A stretch of 64,000 nt of DNA from a virus (taxonomy: Duplodnaviria; Caudoviricetes): positions 32,001 through 96,000 of the IMG/VR virus record IMGVR_UViG_3300033463_000027; one strand, given 5' to 3'. A program made the position numbers and the translations under genes. How positions within the stretch are numbered: position 1 is the stretch's first letter; each line of letters begins with the position of its first letter. A model generated the notes under the pieces. It had not been told where the DNA came from and searched no databases. It saw nothing but the letters and a program-made list of their open reading frames with translations. Positions 21,595 through 32,445 of this stretch are shown one piece after another.

Positions 21595-22056
21595 TTAGGT
21601 ATCAAAATCAAAACAAAGAACTCTCTTACCATCAGCCCTATTCAGCCACTTAGCAGTAGAATCCTTATGAATGTAGTAGAAATTCTCCCCACAATCTTCC
21701 TCAAAAATATTGGGGAGCTTATCAAGATTTTCTATAAAGCACACTCTATCACTTGCGATGGTGAACGCAAGAGTTTCAATCGCTTCATTATTAAACAATC
21801 CTACAATCTCATTGAGTGAGTATTCCTCAAACATAGAAAACCTTGTCTGTATCTCAGGCGCACAATGAGGATTGAGAATAAAATAATAAAACAGAGTTTC
21901 TATGAAAGTCCTCGGTGCAATCACCATAAGACAGCCATAGTCGTGTGTCTTTTCCATATCTATCTTCTGTTTAAACAAATCTTCTACGTCAAGCAAGAAA
22001 TCTTCCATGCACTCAAACGTATAGTTTTGCACAAGATCAGTATATTTGTATACCAT
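21595..22056 (-). CDS. Hypothetical protein
   Basis: ORF in operon. Confidence 0.6.
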   Translation of the reverse strand: MVYKYTDLVQNYTFECMEDFLLDVEDLFKQKIDMEKTHDYGCLMVIAPRTFIETLFYYFILNPHCAPEIQTRFSMFEEYSLNEIVGLFNNEAIETLAFTIASDRVCFIENLDKLPNIFEEDCGENFYYIHKDSTAKWLNRADGKRVLCFDFDT

Positions 22057-22071
22057 AGTTTTTACAACCTT

Positions 22072-23292
22072 TCAGTTTAATTTTATATCATACTGGACAG
22101 ACTTACCTAAGCCTTCCTCAAACACTAAGAAAGTGGCACTTGCGTTTGAAGTCTTGTTAAGGGACAGTCCATAAGAGTCCACTCCGATAATTGAGCCAAC
22201 AGAAATAGCTTCACAATCTATACCTGTCTCAACATTTTCTCTATGATGTTTATGTCCACCAATCAGATAATCAATAGGCATTTTATACGATCTACCAAAA
22301 TCATCAATGGCTTTGCCGAGGTCTTTAACCTCTCCATGAATAGCAAGTACATTGTATTCGCCACATATCAACTGGAAGGGATAGCCTGTTGGGTTCTCGA
22401 TTATCTCTATGTTGGGATTGTTTTCAAGACGAGATTTGATTATCTCGGTAATCACCACAGACATATCTTCATCAGGGAAGGCGTTCTTCGGAGCGCCGCA
22501 AATCCTCAATTGACAATGGTTCGACCTCTTAACAATCTGCAACTTTATATTTACTTTCTCGCTTAATCTGTTCAACCATTCAGCTAAAAAGTTCGCATAC
22601 TTCACAGCAGATTCAAGAATGCCATAACGCAATTTCATAAGTTGTGAAGTCAATCTGAGAATGGAATCAATCGAATCCCCACACTCCCATATATGAATAG
22701 TATCAAGCTGTTCCTTTTCAATAATATCACATACCTTATTAAACAGATACCACATTCTCTGTTCAAAGATTTCCGGGGAATAGGCATTAAGCGTTTCTCC
22801 AAACAATCCTTTAATGTCAAACTCAACGCCATAATGACAGTCAGAAAGAACCAAGATACCCTCTTTTGCAGTATTTTCTTTAACAGTTCTTATTTTAGGA
22901 ATGGTTAAAGGTTCAAGTGAACGCACAGCATTAACAATCTGTTCAGTAATCATCTCGTCCCTTGCGTTCTCACGCAACCAACGATTGTATTCTAATTTCT
23001 CAGTTTGGAGCTTCTTGCGTTCCTTTTCAAGTTCGCGCTTCTTTTCATCGAGACTGTTGGCGTAAGAACCACTATCCATCTTATCAAAGACTTTTGCTTT
23101 GTAAGCCTTTGCTGCGTTGATCGCTTTACGATAGCTCGATTCACAACGATGAGGTTCGCCAACAGGATCACGCCAACGTGTATTTATTTCATCGGCAAGA
23201 CCCTTCCATGTAATCTTACCATCTTTTACATATTCGGCAGTTCGCCATATGTATTGAAGTTCGTTTTCACCATCTCGAATGTTTAAATCCAA
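22072..23292 (-). CDS. Calcineurin-like metallophosphoesterase
   Basis: SDCHYG, GDSID, SNH, HG and GHKHH motifs. Confidence 0.8.
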   Translation of the reverse strand: MDLNIRDGENELQYIWRTAEYVKDGKITWKGLADEINTRWRDPVGEPHRCESSYRKAINAAKAYKAKVFDKMDSGSYANSLDEKKRELEKERKKLQTEKLEYNRWLRENARDEMITEQIVNAVRSLEPLTIPKIRTVKENTAKEGILVLSDCHYGVEFDIKGLFGETLNAYSPEIFEQRMWYLFNKVCDIIEKEQLDTIHIWECGDSIDSILRLTSQLMKLRYGILESAVKYANFLAEWLNRLSEKVNIKLQIVKRSNHCQLRICGAPKNAFPDEDMSVVITEIIKSRLENNPNIEIIENPTGYPFQLICGEYNVLAIHGEVKDLGKAIDDFGRSYKMPIDYLIGGHKHHRENVETGIDCEAISVGSIIGVDSYGLSLNKTSNASATFLVFEEGLGKSVQYDIKLN

Positions 23293-23346
23293 AAGGTTAC
23301 ACTCCTTTATCTTATAATTTTCTGCAAAATTTAAATATTGCAGAAT

Positions 23347-23541
23347 TTACATAAGTTCAACAGAACTATTCACGCTAATACTAACGTCTTTCTCAACAAG
23401 TCCATTATCCTCTAACAAAGAAAGCAGAGAGATAGGTTCAGCAACGTCCTCTACCTCAATGAATATCTCATTGTTATCAGTTACAGTTATAATACCCTTT
23501 ATAGACAAAGAGTTCTTAGAAACTATTTTTGCGGCAGCCAT
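23347..23541 (-). CDS. YonK-like small protein
   Basis: SLSIKG...KDVSISV pattern; synteny. Confidence 0.55.
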   Translation of the reverse strand: MAAAKIVSKNSLSIKGIITVTDNNEIFIEVEDVAEPISLLSLLEDNGLVEKDVSISVNSSVELM

Positions 23542-23557
23542 AATATTTTTCCTTTCA

Positions 23558-24346
23558 TTATATAAAATCTTTTCTTAACTTTTCGATTATACCAATCTGC
23601 CCTTTCCCAGTAACATAAGTCTTAGTCCCAATCTGTTCACCATAGGCAGTATTATAAGTATACTCTCTTACAACAAACCACCCATTGTCAACATATTTCT
23701 GATAAGGCTCATTCTTATGTTTGCCATGAGACATGAGGTACTTATTATCACGAAGCCACTCAAACAACCTATTTCTGCCAATTTTGATGTTTTCTTTCTT
23801 AGCAAGTTTTGCAAGAGTGGACATATCAATCAAATCGCTCGTATCAGCAACGTGGTCAGCAAATTCAACTTTGGGTTTATCGGCTTCTATCTTTTGTTCA
23901 AGTGGTTTAATATAATTATTTTCCAAATTATTTAATGCAATCGCTCTACCTACTTCACTATCAGCATGAATTATATTAAGATACAATAAATCCTTCTTAT
24001 CTTTTTCACCAATAATATAAGTTCCTGTTTTTCGTAATGAAGGAAGAACTTTGCTTGTTACCCAACGTTTAAATTCTTTTGCACTCGGAAGCCTGCTTGA
24101 AAGTATAAGACTGTACAAACCACTTTCATTTATTATAGCAAGCTCTTGCAGCCCTCCAAGGGTGTCGAGATTCACGACTCCCTTATCTTCAACGTCAACG
24201 TGTCTTGCAAGTGCATCTCTGGTATTATTATATCCAAGCACCAAAGCTACGTCTTTACCTACGAACCAAGGCTCTCCGTTGATTACCACAGTTCTAACCC
24301 TGCCAAATTCTTCATTCTCAAATACCTTAACAATCTGATTTTCCAT
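23558..24346 (-). CDS. BRO-N / KilAC antirepressor
   Basis: FENEEFGRVR..PWFVGKDVA and KPKVEFAD...TGKGQ. Confidence 0.9.
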   Translation of the reverse strand: MENQIVKVFENEEFGRVRTVVINGEPWFVGKDVALVLGYNNTRDALARHVDVEDKGVVNLDTLGGLQELAIINESGLYSLILSSRLPSAKEFKRWVTSKVLPSLRKTGTYIIGEKDKKDLLYLNIIHADSEVGRAIALNNLENNYIKPLEQKIEADKPKVEFADHVADTSDLIDMSTLAKLAKKENIKIGRNRLFEWLRDNKYLMSHGKHKNEPYQKYVDNGWFVVREYTYNTAYGEQIGTKTYVTGKGQIGIIEKLRKDFI

Positions 24347-24389
24347 AAAGTATCTTTCCTTTCTACTTAATAAAGTATCGTTTGTTTTC

Positions 24390-24605
24390 TTACTCGCTAT
24401 CAACACCAATGATTTCTCTCATTCGCGCCAATGTAAGTAAATCTTCCTTGAATTTATTATCCAACCTAAAAATGAAAACAGTTTTTTCCTTGTTTTCCTT
24501 ATTAGGTTTAATATCTATAATAGTATTCCCCAGTCTTAACAATTGTCTTGCTGTTCTTGCTGAGAAAATTGCCTTTGTATTTTTTATTTCATCCATTTTT
24601 TTCAT
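24390..24605 (-). CDS. Small conserved phage protein
   Basis: ARQLLRLG.IIDIKP..TVFIF. Confidence 0.6.
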   Translation of the reverse strand: MKKMDEIKNTKAIFSARTARQLLRLGNTIIDIKPNKENKEKTVFIFRLDNKFKEDLLTLARMREIIGVDSE

Positions 24606-24623
24606 GACCTTTCTATTGGATTT

Positions 24624-25919
24624 TCAAATCAGGTCTGCCAATTCAGCAATCTCAGACCTATAATTGTTCTTCAACTTAACGCATCCAAAGCTCTTATGAC
24701 CCTTGAATACATCTATAAGCCTAAACAGCCCACACGCTCTGTCAACGTCGCGCTGTTCCAAAATGTCACCCTCTAAAATTATTTTTGCGCCTTCCTTACA
24801 TCTCTGAATTATTGTCTTTAATGTATAAGGATCGAGATTTTGTGCTTCTGTCACATAACAGATAGTATCAGGAGTCATCTCCATACCTCTAATATTCGCT
24901 GTTGGAACTATTTGTAAGGTATCGCCCATCATGCGTTCTACCGCACTAACATCTCCGAGTTTTGACCCCAATATATTACCAATAGCGCCCTGAGTTAAAA
25001 TTTTCTCTTCAAGTGACCCCGGTGTGAAACCGAGCTGCCTTGCTCCACGCAAGGTTTCAAAATCATAAACAATAACACACTTTCTAAAAGTCTGTTTTTC
25101 CAAACCTTGCATTATAAAATTCAAGGGGATAGTAGTCTTACCACTGCCTGAACGCCCAAACAGCACAGTAATGTCATTATTAACAATACTGTCAAAAGCA
25201 CACCGCTGTATCTCGTCAAGAGGTTTTATGTTACCCAATGCTCTTGACTTAAAAGGTTTAGTCCCTACAACAGCATAGTTCTCACCAGTCCACTTGACAA
25301 CATCACAAGTGTTTCCCTCACTGTCTTGAATAACAGCGTACTCATTTATTTCACACTCAAAGATGTTTTCGCAATTATCCTTTGCATAGACCTCCGCAAG
25401 CTGTTCATCGGTACAAGTGATAATTTTATAGCCCTTATAGATTTCTCTACCCTGAATGTTATCAACCAAGACAGTTCTAATTGAGCTGCCGCAATTTGAA
25501 ATTATTTTACGCCATTCGGAAGATAACTCCAAAATCTTAGCAAATAAATAACACAAAACATCTTTGGTATAAAATAGTACATCGCATGGTTCAAAACCTT
25601 GATCTTTTCTCTCAAAGATATACCAATAAACAGAAGATACTATCCTCATATCATTGGTAATTTCAAAACCCAAATGGTCAAATTCAGCAAGAACACCATT
25701 TTGAGGAAAGGCAATAGATAACTTGTCCTCTTTCATGGCTTGTCTTATAGCCCTAACAGCTTGTCTTGCCTTAAACTTAACCTCTCCATCTTTGTGAACG
25801 TTGGTCTTGATATTTTCAAGTTCATCTATGACAGTTGAGGGGACAACCACATCTGTTAAGTCATCAAGTACAGAAGGGCAGTCCAAGAACACGTTGGTGT
25901 CATAAAACTTTTTGGTCAT
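24624..25919 (-). CDS. phoH: PIN-PhoH protein
   Basis: YDTNVFL PIN domain; GRSGSGKT; EAQN...GD. Confidence 0.85.
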   Translation of the reverse strand: MTKKFYDTNVFLDCPSVLDDLTDVVVPSTVIDELENIKTNVHKDGEVKFKARQAVRAIRQAMKEDKLSIAFPQNGVLAEFDHLGFEITNDMRIVSSVYWYIFERKDQGFEPCDVLFYTKDVLCYLFAKILELSSEWRKIISNCGSSIRTVLVDNIQGREIYKGYKIITCTDEQLAEVYAKDNCENIFECEINEYAVIQDSEGNTCDVVKWTGENYAVVGTKPFKSRALGNIKPLDEIQRCAFDSIVNNDITVLFGRSGSGKTTIPLNFIMQGLEKQTFRKCVIVYDFETLRGARQLGFTPGSLEEKILTQGAIGNILGSKLGDVSAVERMMGDTLQIVPTANIRGMEMTPDTICYVTEAQNLDPYTLKTIIQRCKEGAKIILEGDILEQRDVDRACGLFRLIDVFKGHKSFGCVKLKNNYRSEIAELADLI

Positions 25920-25928
25920 ATCTCCACC

Positions 25929-26558
25929 TCAAAGAATATCATCAATATCAGTAAGCTCACAATCAGCACAACCAAGATTTATCTGTTCTTCATCAGTCAA
26001 GTACCAATCACTCTTAGAGTGCTTCATAAGTAGGCTGCGCTCGATCTTAGACTTCTCTATAATGTAAGTTCTCATATCCTCGACAATCTTCTTATAAGCC
26101 TTAGTTGATTCCTGAATATCCTCATAGTTACCCGATATACCGCTGGCACTACCACTATGAATAAGCATTTGTGACCTTGGCATACAGTAACGCTTGTGAC
26201 CCGCAAGAAGAATAAGTCCTGCCGCAGAATGAGCCATACTCATATTAACAGTTATAACAGGTGTCTTAGACCTCTCAATGATTGCGATAGTAGCATAAGT
26301 GCTATCAAGAACACCACCACCAGAATTAATCAGAATTACAATTTTCTTACGTTCTTCAACAGAAATACCTTTATCCTGTCTGTTATATTCCAAAATTCGA
26401 CCACCTACGTCTTGCAAAAGACACTCATCAATATCTCCATCAATCCATATAAGGCGATTCTCAATATCCTTATAGTGTCCAAGCAGATCGGGATCAGGGA
26501 GTTTAATATCCGCAATGTCTTTGGGAATAACAATATTCAGCATTGTGTTTTCATCCAT
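25929..26558 (-). CDS. clpP: ClpP-like protease
   Basis: INSGGG, AHSAAG, MLIH, DWYL. Confidence 0.85.
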   Translation of the reverse strand: MDENTMLNIVIPKDIADIKLPDPDLLGHYKDIENRLIWIDGDIDECLLQDVGGRILEYNRQDKGISVEERKKIVILINSGGGVLDSTYATIAIIERSKTPVITVNMSMAHSAAGLILLAGHKRYCMPRSQMLIHSGSASGISGNYEDIQESTKAYKKIVEDMRTYIIEKSKIERSLLMKHSKSDWYLTDEEQINLGCADCELTDIDDIL

Positions 26559-26623
26559 AATCTTAATTCCTTTTCAAAATAAGTTAGCTGTTTATACAGC
26601 CCCTACGCACTGGACGTAGGATA

Positions 26624-26803
26624 TTAGTCAACACACTTCACTTCTTCACCGCGCAGCTCTGACAACACTTTCAGTACCTTTGGGGTTTCCTCAGTACAAT
26701 AATGATGACGTTTGCTTTTCTTAGCACAGAACCTTACAATGTGACAGTTATTCTTGAAGCGTTTCCGAAGTTCTTCTGCTTCGGTCTTAGTAATAGATAC
26801 CAA
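26624..26803 (-). CDS. 59-aa conserved phage protein (not in ORF track)
   Basis: GAAAGG RBS, TTG start, MVSITKTEAEELRKRF...KRHHYCTEE. Confidence 0.6.
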   Translation of the reverse strand: MVSITKTEAEELRKRFKNNCHIVRFCAKKSKRHHYCTEETPKVLKVLSELRGEEVKCVD

Positions 26804-27077
26804 TGTGATACAACCTTTCTCAAATGTAAATTTATTATTAACAATGATTTTACATCATTGCAATTATACTATTGGCATGATATAATTATAATGAGATATT
26901 ATATTCTCTCATTAATAAAAAATCAAAGAAAAAAGCACACCCCTCAAAAACCGTTGATTTATCGGCGTTAGAGAGGTGTTATATAACAAGGCAAATTTTA
27001 ATAAAAATGTGGTAAATATATTTGGCTATTAACTGTTTATTATGTATATCTATTCATATATAGCTATTTATTGATGA

Positions 27078-27947
27078 TTATGCGCGTTTCTGATTATATG
27101 CTTGATATTGAATTAAACGTTTTTGCTTTTGACATTTTTCACATCTGCATGACCTTTTATTTATTCCATTGACCACAAATTCTTCTCCACAATCAACACA
27201 AGTCAGGGTCTTAATCTTAATAGGTTGATAACCACGACAATCGGGGCAATACTTAGTTGCTCCATTTTTTTTGCGTATGAGAATACCACACTCTGCACAT
27301 TCAATAAACTGGTCTGTCTTATCACCTCGCCAACGAAGATACTGATATCCCAATTCTCTTAAATCAGAAACCTTTAGAGCCACCTCGTCGGTGTCATTAA
27401 CAAACAAAACCTTGTAATTGGTTTTTCTAAATCTTTTAGATCGTTCCAATAACCCTTGCTCTTTAAGTTCATGCAATAACATAGGTTGTTCATATACCGA
27501 AGCTGACACTCTCGCTGATGTAAAAACTGTATTGTAATCCACGTTGACAAAATTGTTGTTCTTAGTATTTCTCAGATTAAAAAGTTTACAATAAACCAAA
27601 GACACAAAAGCAATCTTTTCTAACTTCTTATTCCTTAAATCCCTAATGGTATTCAATTCTTGCAAGGTAACAGGCACATATTCAATACGATGAAGGGGAG
27701 TATGCCCAAACTTATTTATGTACTTGCTTATTCTTATACGCCAATCGTTTATCTCATAATCTTTAATAACTCCATTCAGAAAACTTAAAACACGTTCAAC
27801 AATACGAGTTCTTTGCAAACGCCCTTTGGAGGACTTATAGATTTGACAATAATACTTTACCAACAATACAACGTCCTCGGCAGCATTATCTCCTACCACT
27901 CCATTTTCAATTATTTGTTCTACTATTGCTACTTCATTAAGTACCAT
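27078..27947 (-). CDS. Protein with C-terminal double zinc ribbon, coupled to RNAP gene
   Basis: CAECG, CPDC, CVDCG, CEKC; abuts 27948. Confidence 0.7.
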   Translation of the reverse strand: MVLNEVAIVEQIIENGVVGDNAAEDVVLLVKYYCQIYKSSKGRLQRTRIVERVLSFLNGVIKDYEINDWRIRISKYINKFGHTPLHRIEYVPVTLQELNTIRDLRNKKLEKIAFVSLVYCKLFNLRNTKNNNFVNVDYNTVFTSARVSASVYEQPMLLHELKEQGLLERSKRFRKTNYKVLFVNDTDEVALKVSDLRELGYQYLRWRGDKTDQFIECAECGILIRKKNGATKYCPDCRGYQPIKIKTLTCVDCGEEFVVNGINKRSCRCEKCQKQKRLIQYQAYNQKRA

Positions 27948-30692
27948 TTAATCTTCCTTTCTCATAAGCATAGTTTGTTTACTAAATCTAAGCCCCCTGT
28001 AAATAATATCACCAAATTCATTTTTTACAAGATAAGTAAGCTGATAATCATTTATCGCAAGTAAATGGTCAATAATAATGTCCCCGCAAAGTCTCCATAC
28101 AAAACTCTTAGCTGCATTTGATGAATAACACAAGTCCACCATAATATTACACATAGAATCTTGATTTGGACAAACAAGTATACACTCTTTAAGAAACTCT
28201 TTAGATAACGCTTCAATAGAATCCTCATAATCCTGAGTTTCTTCCTTGCTACTTTTCTTATACTTGGTTTTCAATTGCTGTATCTCATGATTAAATTGCA
28301 AGTATAGTTTCTTAATGGCGTTATAATCCTTGCGACTATACTCAGCCCCACTCTTTAAAATACTACTATTAAAGTCGCTGGTTCTTTTTATTTGAGGGAC
28401 ATAACCATCAAATTCATTCTCAACCATGTGGCACAACCTATTCATAGTACTTTGCTCATCAAAGACAGGAAAGTATTTTGTATAGTTATCTACAAAGGAC
28501 TGCTGTTGCGGCGTGAGCTTAGTTCTTCTTAACAGATCGTCAACAATGGTTTTACCCTTGCCATAATCAAATATTCCACAAACCACACTATCCTTAATAT
28601 AGGACTTATAGTTTGCCATTTGCTCTGCATAAATGTAATTCATAAAATAGGGCTTCTTACAGGCGCAAATAGATTTCTCAAAATCTGTCTTGCAGTCCTC
28701 ATATACATACCATGATTTAGGCATGGGATCTGAAATAATTCCTTTGATCTTATCAATTTCATTTTGCTGATAAAGTTGCCCACACTTTATTCTATCTTCC
28801 AAGACTTGATATTCTTTACTTCTTTTATCAAATTGGGCTTGTACATCATACATTGCGGTAATTCTATTTGTAATTGCACCAATAGAATTACCAAAACCAT
28901 TTGAGTCTGCCCTTGCCAATAACTCTTCGGTAATAACTTTTTTCTCCGCTTTCTTTTGAACACAAACTATTGGAAGTGTATCGCGTGTATTGTTAAGTAA
29001 TATGTGATTATTGGTAGAAAATACCAAATCTCCGTCGTTATCGGCTCCGTTCCACGAATGAGTAAGGGTATCATGTGCGTTAATAATAAATACTTCGCTC
29101 ATATACTGATACCACTTAGCCACATCAGGATTGTTCACAACACTAACAACCTTAATATTTGAATGTGAACTCATAGGCGCACGAAAAGTAACCACCTTAT
29201 CAACAGATTCTTTTACCCAATAATGAGAATACACTTCTCCTGCTTTAAGCAAACCACAATTATTGTAATCTTCTTGTTCCTTTAACAATCCGAACATATG
29301 TTGACATAGTGCATAAGGATCGCCACTAAGTACCTGATAATTGCCATGAACATTAATAACACCAATTTTAGCATCGTTAATCTTCTTCTTAATCATAAGA
29401 TTAATCCTATCTATTACATAGGGGTCATTAATCATTCGTTTATCAATCATAAGGGCTTTAACATAATCGTCATTTAAATCATTTAACACGTTATCATCGG
29501 TAACAGACATTCCCCTTAAAAAAAGAATAGTCTTGTCTATGTCTTCATGCAGAACCGATTTGATCTCATTAACCGTAGGGCTTATCAACTCATAAATTTG
29601 TTCATCGGTCAAGTCATAACTCTGAATAAATTGATAGTTTAAGGTTCTTTCATTATCAAGATACTTGGGTGTAACCTTAGTAGCAGCATAGGTATAGCCA
29701 TAATATTTAAACCACTTTTCATAATCCTCATAGCTTGAATAGCTATCCCATAATTTAGCCATAGATACTGTGAGGATAAGTTCAATATCATTTATATTAT
29801 GTTCGTTGCCCCAAACATCAATGATAATATCAGTCTTAGCTATTTCTTTGGCAAACTCATGAAAGTCAAATGTGTATACCATGCCTTTAACAAAAGCATT
29901 ACGCAAGCAGCACCCTGACATTCTATAAGATAAGTCCAAATCATTACTCCATCTTTCTGACAACGCGGGAGAAATTAAACCAAAACCATCATTGGCATTT
30001 AGTTGGATCAGGGTGTCTTTTTCTTGTATCTTAGGGTCGCCACCAGCAATATCAGAGTCGCTTATCTCTAAAACATGAGACATAAATTCCAACTCCAAAT
30101 CAGAAACCACAACAACACCTTTGGGGTCTGATAAGGGAATAGATGAACTACACACAAGACTTTTATATGCTTCAAACTTAGCAGGAACTATTTCTTTTGT
30201 AGTGTCTCTGCCACAGTTCATACGCTCATTAAGTTGCTCCCATATAGAAGTATATATCACGATGGACTTTTTTACGCCATTAGGTGTTCCCACCAACCTC
30301 TTGAAGTGCTTACCATTAAAACCAAATCCTTGTGATAATACTTCCATATCATCAGGTTTATCTATAATCACACAAAGATATTCGTTGACTATCTGTATCT
30401 TTTCAAGTTCCTTGTAGATGTTATTGATCTTAGTTTTGGTATCAGATTGCCTTTCACCTTTACGGATTAGTTTTAATTCTTTGTGCAATCTTTTATAGGC
30501 AAGATTGTTTTCTTCTCTATTAGTTTTATTAATATCATCAATAAATCGAAGTATCTGACTGTCAGCTAATGTAATAAGTTCTTGCTTTTTTCTTGCATCT
30601 GAAACTGTTAAATTAAATGAGAGTTTGGATTTTATAATTTCCTTACTATGAATTTTATAAACATACCGTTGGTACATTTGCTGTCTTGCCAA
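27948..30692 (-). CDS. yonO: YonO-like single-subunit RNA polymerase (double-psi barrel, RdRP-related)
   Basis: DGFGLIS, FRAP, catalytic GADNDGD, GAITN, IDKIKG motifs. Confidence 0.85.
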   Translation of the reverse strand: MARQQMYQRYVYKIHSKEIIKSKLSFNLTVSDARKKQELITLADSQILRFIDDINKTNREENNLAYKRLHKELKLIRKGERQSDTKTKINNIYKELEKIQIVNEYLCVIIDKPDDMEVLSQGFGFNGKHFKRLVGTPNGVKKSIVIYTSIWEQLNERMNCGRDTTKEIVPAKFEAYKSLVCSSSIPLSDPKGVVVVSDLELEFMSHVLEISDSDIAGGDPKIQEKDTLIQLNANDGFGLISPALSERWSNDLDLSYRMSGCCLRNAFVKGMVYTFDFHEFAKEIAKTDIIIDVWGNEHNINDIELILTVSMAKLWDSYSSYEDYEKWFKYYGYTYAATKVTPKYLDNERTLNYQFIQSYDLTDEQIYELISPTVNEIKSVLHEDIDKTILFLRGMSVTDDNVLNDLNDDYVKALMIDKRMINDPYVIDRINLMIKKKINDAKIGVINVHGNYQVLSGDPYALCQHMFGLLKEQEDYNNCGLLKAGEVYSHYWVKESVDKVVTFRAPMSSHSNIKVVSVVNNPDVAKWYQYMSEVFIINAHDTLTHSWNGADNDGDLVFSTNNHILLNNTRDTLPIVCVQKKAEKKVITEELLARADSNGFGNSIGAITNRITAMYDVQAQFDKRSKEYQVLEDRIKCGQLYQQNEIDKIKGIISDPMPKSWYVYEDCKTDFEKSICACKKPYFMNYIYAEQMANYKSYIKDSVVCGIFDYGKGKTIVDDLLRRTKLTPQQQSFVDNYTKYFPVFDEQSTMNRLCHMVENEFDGYVPQIKRTSDFNSSILKSGAEYSRKDYNAIKKLYLQFNHEIQQLKTKYKKSSKEETQDYEDSIEALSKEFLKECILVCPNQDSMCNIMVDLCYSSNAAKSFVWRLCGDIIIDHLLAINDYQLTYLVKNEFGDIIYRGLRFSKQTMLMRKED

Positions 30693-30705
30693 AATAACAC
30701 TTCCT

Positions 30706-31308
30706 TTACAACAATTCTAATCCTTTGGTTATCTCGTCTGCTACTTCATCAGCGAGAGGTCTGAACCCCACAGCTATGCGTTCATCGTCATACCAGAAGT
30801 CGATCCAGTCCTCTTCATAAGTCATGTCACACATAACCCTTTCACTCATAATCTCTTTCATCTGAAAATGACCCTGTACCTTGTAAATGGTAGGAGCAAG
30901 AGTTCTGTCTGTGTATTGTTCAAACGTATCTTGGTCTAAAGAAAACTTAATATTGCATTGGAGCTTTACTTTTTCTGGGGGTACTTCTATAAAATGAACA
31001 CCATATCCTTCTTCCTTTATTTCCTTAACGTAAAAGTATGCCCTATGCGCTTTATATGCTTTGTCAGCAATTTTAAAAATCTCACTATTCATGTAATGAA
31101 TACGAACCTTCTCCTTCTCTTGCGCTCCACCTCGCCACTTAGAACGATACTGCCAAACAGGAAGTTTTTGATAAGGCGGGGAAATAACCTCATCGGTGTT
31201 TTCAAATATCTTGTGAGTAATCCATGCCCTGCCAGCGAGGGCAATATATTGAACGAGGGTTTGTTTACTGGCGGGGACACCAGTGTTTAGTAAGATTATC
31301 TGTTTCAT
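30706..31308 (-). CDS. Hypothetical protein
   Basis: ORF overlapping the upstream stop codon, with RBS. Confidence 0.6.
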   Translation of the reverse strand: MKQIILLNTGVPASKQTLVQYIALAGRAWITHKIFENTDEVISPPYQKLPVWQYRSKWRGGAQEKEKVRIHYMNSEIFKIADKAYKAHRAYFYVKEIKEEGYGVHFIEVPPEKVKLQCNIKFSLDQDTFEQYTDRTLAPTIYKVQGHFQMKEIMSERVMCDMTYEEDWIDFWYDDERIAVGFRPLADEVADEITKGLELL

Positions 31309-32432
31309 GGTGCGGTTAGCCCTCCTTGTTTTTTGTATTCTTCTACCAACTCATTACAAACTTCAACAAACCTTGCCTTGCAATCAGGAATTGACTTAAT
31401 TGCCAATTTTTTATTTCCACCTAAATTATGTTCTCTGAGCGTTTTGTCCCAAATATACTTAGTGTACATTTTGCTATAAATGCGTTTCTTAATGATTATT
31501 ATAGATGTATCGTCTTTGGCAAGATAACGTATACTATCAAGAATAGTTTCATAATCATCTGTTATAGTAAAGGGTCTATGAACTATTAATGAGATTTCAA
31601 CAGCAACACGATCTTTGATATCAGTAATGGTATTTTCGCTTTCGATAATCTCATTCACGTTCTTTGCCTGTTCCAATAACTCATTAAGACAGGTTATATA
31701 TTCTTCTCTGTAAAGAGGAACATCTGCAATAGCTGTTATAGTAGACACGCCCACATTAGAAGTAAGGTTATATTTGTGCATATATTCTCTCATAGCCACA
31801 CAAGCATTAAATCCATACTTATTAAACATTGCTCTGTAAACAGACTTGTAAGCATCCACAATAGGAATATTAAGATAGCTTGCAAGCTCTATGGTTCGCT
31901 GCTCCACATTTTGTTTCTTCCATACATTATGAGCTTGAATGTCAGGTTGCATAGATTTTAAACTTGCGTGATCCTGCAATTGACATTGCATAATAGATAA
32001 AGTTTTAGTTAGCATATTAATCTTTGCTTGCAGTTCAACAAAGTCTGATTTAGAAGTGACCGCGAGTTCATTCTCTTTAATTGTAAAGTAAAACTCCATA
32101 AGCCCTTCATAGACTTCCCACGCTTTATCGGTATTCAGACTCTTGGCGTGTAATAAGGCACCGCGTTCAGTCCAGAGATAAAGAATTTTAGCGTTTTTCT
32201 GAACAAGGTCGAAATTTTCTACCTTGTCTTTAAAACCCTTTAAAACATCACCTTCAAGGCGAATGTAATGTTTGCCCTCTTCGTAATGGAATTTATTGTT
32301 GTTAAAATTCTGTTTGATGGTTCTTGTATCAGTCTCATAACATTCTGCAAGTTGTGCGGTAGTCAATACTCTCATACCATTTTGTTCAATTTTATCAAGC
32401 TGCTGAATAGTTGTCATGGTAGTGTCGGTCAT
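31305..32432 (-). CDS. ORF6N-domain DNA-binding protein
   Basis: RVLTTAQLAECY...LYLWTERGALLHAKSL. Confidence 0.85.
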   Translation of the reverse strand: MTDTTMTTIQQLDKIEQNGMRVLTTAQLAECYETDTRTIKQNFNNNKFHYEEGKHYIRLEGDVLKGFKDKVENFDLVQKNAKILYLWTERGALLHAKSLNTDKAWEVYEGLMEFYFTIKENELAVTSKSDFVELQAKINMLTKTLSIMQCQLQDHASLKSMQPDIQAHNVWKKQNVEQRTIELASYLNIPIVDAYKSVYRAMFNKYGFNACVAMREYMHKYNLTSNVGVSTITAIADVPLYREEYITCLNELLEQAKNVNEIIESENTITDIKDRVAVEISLIVHRPFTITDDYETILDSIRYLAKDDTSIIIIKKRIYSKMYTKYIWDKTLREHNLGGNKKLAIKSIPDCKARFVEVCNELVEEYKKQGGLTAP

Positions 32433-32445
32433 AATAACATCTCCT

